A DNA stretch of 35,655 nt from assembly GCA_034440375.1 (NCBI GenBank), contig JAWXBZ010000137.1, forward strand, positions 1-35,655. The letters run 5' to 3'. A program made the position numbers and the translations under genes. This stretch comes from Candidatus Eiseniibacteriota bacterium. GTDB taxonomy: Bacteria > Eisenbacteria > RBG-16-71-46 > JABDJR01 > JAWXBZ01. Shown piece by piece: positions 8,074 through 15,844 of this stretch; positions within the stretch are counted from its first letter, which is position 1; each line of letters opens with the position of its first letter. The notes under the pieces were generated by a model. That model had not been told where the DNA came from and did no database searches. It was given only the letters and a program-made list of their open reading frames with translations.

Positions 8074-9892
8074 CGTCCGGCTCCTCGTCATCATGGCGCT
8101 TCTGGGCGCCGGCCACCGCGGCCCGCACGATTGAACTCGGGTCGGAAAGCGCCAGGTCAAACAGCGCCTTGACCTGGGGGCCGCGCATGCGGGCCAGCGC
8201 CTCGACGGCACAGACGCGCATTTCCTCCGCTTCCTTCTTCCTGAAAATCGGCTTCTTGCCGAGCAGCATCTTGAGGAACGGAAGGACGTCCGGGCTGTTG
8301 GTGCGCCCGAGCGACTCAAAAAAACCGCGCCGCTCCTCGAGCGGGCGGCTCTCGAAATCGTTGGACAGGATGATCTGGAGGAGCGGGTTGACCGCCCTCT
8401 TTCCAAGGCGCGAGAGGCTCCGGGCCGCCGAGACGCGAATGCGCGGGTCGGTATCGCGGAGAAGGGCCAGCAGGGCATCGAGCGCTTCTCCCTCGCCAAT
8501 CTGCGAAAGGGCCGCCAACGCCTCGCGCCGGACGTTCAGATCCTCGTGAGTGACCAGCGGGCGGATGTGCCGCACCGCCACCGTGGCTTTCATCCGGCCC
8601 AATACCAGGAGGATATTCCGAACCACGTACCAGCGCTCATCTCGGAGATGGTCCAGGAGCGCCTCGAGGTTCCCCTGCCCGATTCGAACCAGCGTGTTGA
8701 CCACCGCCATGCGGCCACGCCGGGATTCGACCGAGCCCAGCAGTTCGCAAAGCGCCGGCACCCCGTCAGGCCGGATGGCCGAGAGATAGGCTACCTCCGA
8801 TTCCAGGGGCGAGACGATGGTCCGATTCAGCGCCTCGCAAAGGGCCTCGCGCCGCGGTCCGTCGGTGGCGGCCTTCAGAATGGCGTCGATGGCCTGACCG
8901 TGCATCTCGACCAGGTCGGGACGCCTTTCGAGGACTGCCGAGATGGCCCGGAGGATATGGCCGGCGGCCATCCACTGCCGCTGTGCCACGAGGGAGACCA
9001 GGGCTTTTTCCAGCACGGCGATGATGACACCACGCGTGGACGGATCGTTGTCCTGTTCGATGACATCGAAAAAAGTGTCGAGCACGCGAAGGACAAGGCC
9101 TGCCTGATCTTCAAACTCCACCTCCGTTCGGAGGATCGCCTCCTCTTCCTCCGAGAGCGCGAGGATCTGGCGGTCGCCCGACTCCATCAACTGTCGATGA
9201 AATTCGCCGGCGCGGGTGAGGGCCTCCTCGCGCGCGGCCTCCGGCACGCCGTCGTCATTCAGCTCGTTGAAATCCGTTTCAAAGTCGACATAATTCATGA
9301 AATCGGAACCGAATTCGGCCGGCACCGGCTCATCGCCCATGCCCTGGTCAAGAATGTCGTCGATGGCGATGTAGGTGATATGCGGCAGTGAGTCGTCCCA
9401 GAGTTGGGTGACGAGGTCCTCGGTCGATTCGCGGGCGGAGGTGGCGCGAACCATGTCGAGAAAGCGGGACATCTCGGCCCGGTCGATGCCATTGTGAAAC
9501 GTCAACTCGCGGATGCCATCCCGGAAGAAAAGCCGGGCCAGGTTGTCGTCGGGATCGGCACTCTCGTATACGCACTCACCCTGGCAGAAGAGCCGGTTGT
9601 GACCGATCACGAGGCGGATGCCGCTGCTGTCCGCAAAACAGGTTCCGATCTTCTCCTGCAGGTCGGTCTGAAAACGGGCGTAGATCGGATTGTTGGCGGG
9701 ATACATGCGGGCGGCCTTGACGGCCTTGGCCAGGGTACGGGTGAACTCGATGACCGGCCTCAGTTCCGCCGCGGCGACAAGGCGTGCCTCATTATCCGGA
9801 GCGGGGGTCTCATCGCCCGCGCCGCAACGCCCGGCTCCTCCGGGGATGATTTCGAACCCATGCTCGATGTTCAGACCGGATTGATCGGCCAT
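8066..9892 (-). CDS. HEAT-repeat (PBS lyase-like) protein
   Basis: Repeats such as LRDERWYVVRNILLVLG, HEDLNVRREALAALSQIG, DTDPRIRVSAARSLSRLG, DPSSIVRAAVA; GAGG RBS before ATG. Confidence 0.88.
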   Translation of the reverse strand: MADQSGLNIEHGFEIIPGGAGRCGAGDETPAPDNEARLVAAAELRPVIEFTRTLAKAVKAARMYPANNPIYARFQTDLQEKIGTCFADSSGIRLVIGHNRLFCQGECVYESADPDDNLARLFFRDGIRELTFHNGIDRAEMSRFLDMVRATSARESTEDLVTQLWDDSLPHITYIAIDDILDQGMGDEPVPAEFGSDFMNYVDFETDFNELNDDGVPEAAREEALTRAGEFHRQLMESGDRQILALSEEEEAILRTEVEFEDQAGLVLRVLDTFFDVIEQDNDPSTRGVIIAVLEKALVSLVAQRQWMAAGHILRAISAVLERRPDLVEMHGQAIDAILKAATDGPRREALCEALNRTIVSPLESEVAYLSAIRPDGVPALCELLGSVESRRGRMAVVNTLVRIGQGNLEALLDHLRDERWYVVRNILLVLGRMKATVAVRHIRPLVTHEDLNVRREALAALSQIGEGEALDALLALLRDTDPRIRVSAARSLSRLGKRAVNPLLQIILSNDFESRPLEERRGFFESLGRTNSPDVLPFLKMLLGKKPIFRKKEAEEMRVCAVEALARMRGPQVKALFDLALSDPSSIVRAAVAGAQKRHDDEEPDDV

Positions 9893-9975
9893 GTAACCTC
9901 GTTCGGTGGTCGGGCTTTGGAGTTCCTGTCAGGGCGTTGGCCGAGCGCGGCGAGGCTTGCGGCCTCCCTGAATTG

Positions 9976-10002
9976 CTATCGGCAAGCAGGGGCCCGACGT
10001 TA
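9976..10002 (-). promoter_or_regulatory. Putative sigma28-type promoter for the HEAT/HD-GYP operon
   Basis: Minus strand TAAC-N15-GCCGATAG versus consensus TAAA-N15-GCCGATAA; about 85 nt upstream of the start. Confidence 0.5.
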
Positions 10003-10082
10003 GCCAGATCACCCGATTCGGCGGGCGAAATGCACGGGGAGGAGTAGTGAAGACAGTCGAGTAATGGATTTTTAACTTATTG

Positions 10083-10853
10083 TCATTTATTGCTTTGGAT
10101 CATTTTCAAGACTTCAGCCAGCACCTGATCGGCCAGCGAGGCGGGATCGATCCCGGAAGCAGGCGCCCCGGGCACGGGAGCACCTGGTGTCGTCTCGCAG
10201 CGGACGGCTCGTCCCGGGTAGCCGTATCGATGACGAATCTCGTTCAGTTGATCAACCTGGCCGCCTGTCAGGCGATTGACCTGGCCAAGGGTGGTGGCCA
10301 CGAAAAGGATTTTCGCGAACTGCTCGACGGTCTCCATCCGGTTGGCCGCATCGAACAGGGTCGGCGCGAAAACCACCACGCCATGGTTGGCTAACAGGAT
10401 CGCGTCGTGATCCTTGATGAATGGAGCGATCGACTCCGGCAGATCGGGGGTCGATGGGGTGGCATACGGCGCGAGTGGCACCGCGCCGATCGTGGCCACG
10501 ACTTCCGGAAGCACACAGGCCGTCAGTGGAATACCGGCCACGGCAAAACCGGTGGCGGTCGGCGGATGCGCATGAACCACGGCCATCGCGTCCGGGCGGT
10601 CCCTGTAGATGCGCAGGTGCATCTGGATTTCAGTGGACGGACGCCCGGCGCCCCGGAGCACGTGCCCCTCCGGATCGATCACCACGAAATCACGCGGTGC
10701 CAGAAGGCCCTTCCTCACACCAGACACCGTGGCCAATATTTCGCGCAACGACAGGCGGACAGAGATGTTGCCGTCGGTGGCCGGAACGTAGCCGAGTTGA
10801 TCGAGCCGACGCCCGACCTCGATCATCGATTGAATCGTTTCGTGCTGGTTCAT
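10083..10853 (-). CDS. Class II aldolase/adducin family protein (FucA-like) with C-terminal amphipathic extension
   Basis: DGNISVR, PSTEIQMHLRIY, VVHAHPP (metal-binding HxH), LLANHGVV; Pro/Ala/Gly linker plus terminal helix. Confidence 0.92.
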   Translation of the reverse strand: MNQHETIQSMIEVGRRLDQLGYVPATDGNISVRLSLREILATVSGVRKGLLAPRDFVVIDPEGHVLRGAGRPSTEIQMHLRIYRDRPDAMAVVHAHPPTATGFAVAGIPLTACVLPEVVATIGAVPLAPYATPSTPDLPESIAPFIKDHDAILLANHGVVVFAPTLFDAANRMETVEQFAKILFVATTLGQVNRLTGGQVDQLNEIRHRYGYPGRAVRCETTPGAPVPGAPASGIDPASLADQVLAEVLKMIQSNK

Positions 10854-11026
10854 TTTGATGTCAGGTGGCCTGTCGTCGATCGTTCCGTGGCGTGGCGTTG
10901 TCGGTGGTCGATTCGTTCGTATTGCGCTGGTTGATTGATGAGACTAACATACGACTCCGTCCAACCACGGCGTGTTCGCGCCGTCCTGCTGGACGCACGA
11001 CACGAACCGAACGAGGTTCCGACAGA

Positions 11027-11599
11027 ATGGCCCGCGACGTTCGACCTCTCTTCTGCACCACCCACGACACCCCACTCGGACCCATCGGACTTGCCGCCAC
11101 CTCACACGGACTTTCGTCGTTGATGCTGCGAGTTTCGCCCGAAGGGTTTCATGACTATCTCCTGAACAGCCACGGCCTGACCCCAACCCCTGACCCCCGC
11201 CCATTCGACCGGATTCGTCTCTTCCTTGATCGCTACTTCGTCGGCAAGCAGATCGCGTTCGAGGGTCCGTTCGACCTGCTGACCGGGACGCCGTTCCAGC
11301 GACGTGTCTGGGCCACGCTGCTCACGATTCCTTACGGCCAGGTGCGGAGCTACCGCTGGTTGGCGGAAACCGTGGGCAATCCTGGCGCCTATCGGGCGGT
11401 CGGTGCGGCCAACGGAGCCAATCCCGTGGCCGTCCTCGTGCCCTGCCACCGGGTGATCAATCACAACGGCGGGCTCGGCGGCTACTCCGGCGGTATCGAC
11501 ATCAAGCGCTGGCTCCTGGCACTGGAGCGGGTGCCGCTGGCCGCTCTCTTGCCACAGCTCCGACTGGACGGGCTGGTCAACCAGCAGCGCTCCGCGTAA
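11027..11599 (+). CDS. ogt: Methylated-DNA--protein-cysteine methyltransferase
   Basis: TPLGPI, GTPFQRRVW, IPYGQVRSY, RAVGAANGANP, active-site PCHRV, LGGYSGG..IKRWLL. Start re-called to ATG 11027 after GAGG. Confidence 0.93.
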   Translation: MARDVRPLFCTTHDTPLGPIGLAATSHGLSSLMLRVSPEGFHDYLLNSHGLTPTPDPRPFDRIRLFLDRYFVGKQIAFEGPFDLLTGTPFQRRVWATLLTIPYGQVRSYRWLAETVGNPGAYRAVGAANGANPVAVLVPCHRVINHNGGLGGYSGGIDIKRWLLALERVPLAALLPQLRLDGLVNQQRSA

Positions 11600-12779
11600 G
11601 CCAGGCCCTTGCCGCGATGGCAAGGGCCGCTGCGCCGACCGGCAGTGCGGATTCATCCAGATTGAATCGCGGACTATGAATCGGATGCACGATTCCCCCG
11701 GCTTCATTTCGTACGCCCAATCTCAAGAAAGCCCCCGGCATCACCTCGAGGTAGTGCGCAAAATCCTCGCCGCCCATGATCGGCCTGGTCAGTTCAATGA
11801 TTTGCCCGGTGTCAAAATCGGAAGCGAGTGCCTCTGCCAGGAAGTCGATAACGGCCGGGTCGTTGGAGAGGCCGGGATGTCCCGGCAGGTATTCAAATTC
11901 GACGCGTGCGCCGGCGCCGCTGGCAATTCCGGTGGCGATCTCACGGATCCATTCCGGCAGTTGACGCCTGACGTCGCTGGAGTGACTGCGCAGGGTGCCT
12001 GAAAGTGTGACCCGCTCGGGAAGAATGTTGTCCGCGGTACCACCCTCGATTCGGCCAATCGAAACAACGCCCGGCTCCATGGGATCGAGTCGTCGGGCCA
12101 CGATCGCCTGAAGGCCAAGGACGATCTGCGCGGCGATCACCACGGCATCAACAGCCAGGTGGGGATAGCCGGCATGCCCCCCCTTGCCGATCACGGTGAG
12201 CCGGAAGCGATCGCTGGCCGCCATGAGCGGACCTTTCCGGAGCAGGATGCTTCCCGAGGGATATCGGGTGTCGACATGCAAACCGAAGATGGCTTCCACG
12301 CCGGCCTCGGCGAGCACCCCCTCGTCGAGGACGCGCCGGGCGCCCCCGGGTGGTACTTCCTCCGCCGGCTGGAACAGGAGAACGAACGATCCTGGCAGGC
12401 TTTCGGCCAGAGATGCCAGGAGTTGCCCCGCGCCGAACACCATCGTCATGTGGGCGTCGTGCCCGCAGGCGTGCATGACCCCGTCACGCCTGGAACGATA
12501 GGAAACTTCATTGGCTTCATGAATCGGCAGGGCATCAAGCTCAGCCCGGAGCGCAACGACCGGCCCGGCGCGGCCTCGCGCCGTCGCGGGTGGAAAAGCC
12601 AGGAGTCCGGTGTCGGCGACCACCCGGCAGGTGAAGCCGGCTGCCTCCAGCCGTTGGCGCAGGAACAGTTGCGTGTCGCGCTCCTGGTACGACAGCTCGG
12701 GCTCCTGATGGAGACTCCGACGCAGTGCGGTCAATTCGCCGGCCAGGGCCTGTGCCCGCGCCAGAAGGCCGGTGCTCAT
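11577..12779 (-). CDS. M20D family amidohydrolase (HipO/YxeP-like)
   Basis: RRSLHQEPELS, ALRAELDALPI, MHACGHDAH, FQPAEE, GKGGHA, MGGEDFAHY, HSPRF. Confidence 0.93.
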   Translation of the reverse strand: MSTGLLARAQALAGELTALRRSLHQEPELSYQERDTQLFLRQRLEAAGFTCRVVADTGLLAFPPATARGRAGPVVALRAELDALPIHEANEVSYRSRRDGVMHACGHDAHMTMVFGAGQLLASLAESLPGSFVLLFQPAEEVPPGGARRVLDEGVLAEAGVEAIFGLHVDTRYPSGSILLRKGPLMAASDRFRLTVIGKGGHAGYPHLAVDAVVIAAQIVLGLQAIVARRLDPMEPGVVSIGRIEGGTADNILPERVTLSGTLRSHSSDVRRQLPEWIREIATGIASGAGARVEFEYLPGHPGLSNDPAVIDFLAEALASDFDTGQIIELTRPIMGGEDFAHYLEVMPGAFLRLGVRNEAGGIVHPIHSPRFNLDESALPVGAAALAIAARAWLTRSAAG

Positions 12780-14365
12780 CCGCCGGCTCGTTCGTGCAAC
12801 TCGCCCAGCGCCACGGGCAGGAATTCAATGAGATCCGAGGCAATCAGGCCGCGCGGCCCGCGCCGCTCTTCGAAGAGATCGGCCAGAAATCCATGGAGAT
12901 AAACGCCGAGCAGCGCCGCCGACAGGGGCAGGGCGCCTTGCGCCAGAAGGCCGCCGATCAATCCGGCCAGGACATCGCCCGTGCCGCCGGTGGCCAGGAG
13001 CGGCCCACCGGTCGGGTTGATAAATGCCTCCCCTTCCGGCGAACCGACGACCGTTGGCGCTCCCTTGAGCACGATGACCTGACCGAGTCGTCGCGCCCAC
13101 TCCCGGGCCAGGTCGATGCGCCGGGCATCGATTTCGCGAGCTGGCAAATCCATCAGCCAGCTGGCCTCCCCCGGGTGAGGTGTGAGAACCAGCGGGCCGG
13201 CGCCGCCGGGGGCACCGGGTTTCCGCCGTGCCAGGCCATCGACCTGTCCCCGGAACGCAAACAACGCATCGGCGTCGACCACCATCGGTCGATCAAATTT
13301 CGACACCATGGCCCGGGCGAACTGGAGGGCCGGCTCGCGTCGCGAGAGGCCGGGACCAAGCACGACTGCATCAAGCCGCACGCTGTCGAACGCGTCAACG
13401 GCCGCCATCGCTTCCGGCGCCAGACATCGTCCCGGCGCCTCGGCCAAAGGAAGCGTCATGGCCTCGGTCAGCTTCATCTCCAGGATGTCGTTGAGCCCGG
13501 CCGGTGCGCCGACCGTGACAAGGCCGGCCCCAACCCGGAGCGCCGCACGCGCCGCCAGGGCCGGCGCCCCCGTCAGCCCTTCCGAGCCACCGAGGACAAG
13601 AAGGCGGCCCCGCGACCCCTTGTGGGCATGACGTGACCAGGCGGGAAGCCATGCCGCCGCATCCTCATCCTGGACCAGAAAATCCCGGACGTCGGCGGCC
13701 ATGCTGGCCTCGCGTGGAATGCCGATGTCGGCCACCTCGATCACCCCTACCAGTGACCGGGCCGGGAAAAGCCAGAGCCCCCGTTTCGGCAGACCGAGCG
13801 TGATCGTGAGGTCGGCGTCAATCGCCGCGCCTGGCACCGCTCCCGTGTCGGTATCAATGCCGCTCGGGATGTCGATGGCCGCGATCGGCCGCCCGGCGCG
13901 ACCGAGGCCCCTGATGGCCTCAAGGACGGCTCCGCGCGGAACTCCAGTGGTGCCCGTTCCGAGCAGGGCGTCAATGGCCACGTCAAAGGGTGGCGGGCTT
14001 TGAAAGAAGCGGGCGGCCGCCCCCTCGTCGGGAAGGAAATCGATCGTGCCACCGGTTGCACGCCAGGCGATCGCGTTGGCCCGGGCATCGGGCGAAAGCT
14101 GGGTCTCCTCCCCGGCCACCACCACCCGCGGCTGGACCCCGGCCTCCCGGAGATGGCGCGCCGCCACGAGGCCATCGCCGCCGTTGTTCCCCTTGCCACA
14201 GACAATCAGCACGCGTCCCGCCTCATCGGCGCCGAAGTGGGCCAGAACGGCTTCGGCCACCGCGCGGCCCGCTGCTTCCATCAACGCGAGCGACGACACA
14301 CCCATCTCCTGTATGGCGGCGGCATCGATGTCCCGCATTTGATCCGCGCGAACGAGTGGAATCAT
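12776..14365 (-). CDS. nnr: Bifunctional NAD(P)H-hydrate epimerase/dehydratase (NnrE-NnrD fusion)
   Basis: LMEAAG, GKGNNGGDG, DALLGTG, DIPSG (epimerase); HKGSRG, GPGL, VVDADAL, LTPHPGE, VLKGA, TGGTGDVLAG (dehydratase). Start at ATG 14365, with ATGA overlap with acpS. Confidence 0.95.
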   Translation of the reverse strand: MIPLVRADQMRDIDAAAIQEMGVSSLALMEAAGRAVAEAVLAHFGADEAGRVLIVCGKGNNGGDGLVAARHLREAGVQPRVVVAGEETQLSPDARANAIAWRATGGTIDFLPDEGAAARFFQSPPPFDVAIDALLGTGTTGVPRGAVLEAIRGLGRAGRPIAAIDIPSGIDTDTGAVPGAAIDADLTITLGLPKRGLWLFPARSLVGVIEVADIGIPREASMAADVRDFLVQDEDAAAWLPAWSRHAHKGSRGRLLVLGGSEGLTGAPALAARAALRVGAGLVTVGAPAGLNDILEMKLTEAMTLPLAEAPGRCLAPEAMAAVDAFDSVRLDAVVLGPGLSRREPALQFARAMVSKFDRPMVVDADALFAFRGQVDGLARRKPGAPGGAGPLVLTPHPGEASWLMDLPAREIDARRIDLAREWARRLGQVIVLKGAPTVVGSPEGEAFINPTGGPLLATGGTGDVLAGLIGGLLAQGALPLSAALLGVYLHGFLADLFEERRGPRGLIASDLIEFLPVALGELHERAGG

Positions 14366-14763
14366 CGCGAGGATTCCGGCGTCACGGGGGGCGACGTGTC
14401 GGTGTCGAGAGTGACCGGCGCTGCCACGAGCCAGACAACAGCCGCCGCGTAGGCGTGCGTGTGGCTGATCGACAGTCCGGCTTCGGTGCCGGTGGCGATG
14501 CCGGCGAAACGAAAGGTGGGGCGCGGGCCCTCCATCTGGATTTCCACGTCGCGCCACCTCGGCATGACCGGCCCCGGCCACACCTTGGCGAAGGCCTCCT
14601 TGGCCGCAAAGCGCGCGGCGAATGACTCGGACGGCCGGGCCTTGGCCATGCAGGTCACGATCTCGTGGTCGGTGAAAATCTTCTGGATGAAGCGGTCGCC
14701 GAAGCGGTTGATCATGTCACGGATCCGGTCGACTTCGACGATGTCGATTCCGAGGGATTGCAT
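14362..14763 (-). CDS. acpS: Holo-[acyl-carrier-protein] synthase
   Basis: LGIDIVEVDRI, FAARFAAKEAFAK, LSISHT; start re-called to ATG 14763; acpS-nnr adjacency is common. Confidence 0.95.
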   Translation of the reverse strand: MQSLGIDIVEVDRIRDMINRFGDRFIQKIFTDHEIVTCMAKARPSESFAARFAAKEAFAKVWPGPVMPRWRDVEIQMEGPRPTFRFAGIATGTEAGLSISHTHAYAAAVVWLVAAPVTLDTDTSPPVTPESSR

Positions 14764-14773
14764 GCCGGGAGCC

Positions 14774-15472
14774 TCAGTGACCATGCGTTCCATTGATGGT
14801 ATCGACGATCTCGAGGAGGTCCATGACGTCCCCGATGTCATGGTCGGCACCCGAGCTGCCGACCGGCGTGCCAAACGTGTCGCCGTAACGGGCAAAAACC
14901 GTGGTCATGCCAAGGCCCTTGGCCCCCTGGACGTCACGCTCGGGCCAGTCACCGATCATCAGCGTTCGCTCGGCCGGCACGCCGAGCTGGTCGAGGGCCC
15001 GCTGGAACGGCTCGGGGCTCGGTTTCCGTTTCAGCGTATCCTCGAACGTGACGACCACGTCGAAGATGTGCTGAAGCTTGAGATAGCAGAGGCGCAGCCA
15101 GGCCTGTTCCCGCGGGGCGTCGCTGACGACGGCCAGTTTGAGCCCCCGCTTGATCAGCTCGACCAGCGTCAGGTGCACGTGGGGATACAGGATCAGGGCC
15201 GAGTCACGGGCGCGGCGATAGCCGACAATTCCGGCGGCCAGCATCTTGTAGTCGATGTGGCCGAGGGTGCGGGTCAGGTAGACGTCGAACACCTTCTGGT
15301 ACTCGATCCCCATCTCCCGGTAGATCTCATTGATTTCGGTGCGGGCTTCATCGGGCGATTTCTTGAGGCCGGCGTCGATCATGGCCTCGGCCGCGCTCCG
15401 AATGGCCAGGTCCTTCATTGTCATGAAGTCGGTCAGGGTGTTGTCCAGATCGAAAATGATGGCCTGAATCAT
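14774..15472 (-). CDS. HAD-superfamily hydrolase (subfamily IA)
   Basis: Motif I FDLDNTL, motif II VVSD, KPSPEPF, motif IV MIGDWPERDVQGAKGLGM. Confidence 0.92.
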   Translation of the reverse strand: MIQAIIFDLDNTLTDFMTMKDLAIRSAAEAMIDAGLKKSPDEARTEINEIYREMGIEYQKVFDVYLTRTLGHIDYKMLAAGIVGYRRARDSALILYPHVHLTLVELIKRGLKLAVVSDAPREQAWLRLCYLKLQHIFDVVVTFEDTLKRKPSPEPFQRALDQLGVPAERTLMIGDWPERDVQGAKGLGMTTVFARYGDTFGTPVGSSGADHDIGDVMDLLEIVDTINGTHGH

Positions 15473-15529
15473 GGCACGGCTCCGATCGAAACGCGGGGCC
15501 CTCCGGCCACCTCGGCCGCCCGGCGGCGG

Positions 15530-15721
15530 TTACTTGTTGCTGGTGGTGATCGGTCGGCCGATGGAGATCTCGCCGTTATCGATCCGCACGTTGAACCCGC
15601 AGGGCGGGCTCGAACAGACCCAGGCCTTGTACGTGATCGGGGCCCCGTCCCGGCCATAATCGGACAGCGGCAGGAGAACCCCGGCGTGGCACTTCTGGCA
15701 TTCTGGAAACGCCTTTTCCAA
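15530..15721 (-). CDS. Small (about 63 aa) zinc-ribbon-like protein
   Basis: TTG start 7-8 nt after GGGGAGGGGG; CQKC...CSSPPC cysteine pairs; coherent non-shadow composition. Confidence 0.75.
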   Translation of the reverse strand: MEKAFPECQKCHAGVLLPLSDYGRDGAPITYKAWVCSSPPCGFNVRIDNGEISIGRPITTSNK

Positions 15722-15802
15722 GAGAATCGCCCCCCTCCCCAACTTCCTCCACGTGACACCCCCGACTACCGGCGGACATGCCGGAAGCAGGCGTTTGATG
15801 CC

Positions 15803-15832
15803 AGTGTCGGACGGGCCGCAGAGGAGTGTCAA
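15803..15832 (-). promoter_or_regulatory. Possible sigma70 promoter for the zinc-ribbon/HAD/acpS/nnr/M20 operon
   Basis: Minus strand TTGACA-N18-GACACT in the short intergenic gap; -10 element is weak. Confidence 0.4.
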
Positions 15833-15844
15833 GTGCAGAGCCGA

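Noticed and set aside
6958-8172. Long antisense ORFs (also 2538-3551, 22779-23894, 27115-28065, 31456-32592)
   Set aside because: Codon-mirror ORFs opposite confident genes, expected with high GC3; no recognisable domains.
8074-8499. N-terminal extension of the HD-GYP ORF (similar extensions on nnr, acpS, ogt and the deacetylase)
   Set aside because: Arg/Ser/Pro-rich off-frame sequence overlapping neighbouring genes; downstream ATGs with stop-start coupling or an RBS fit better.
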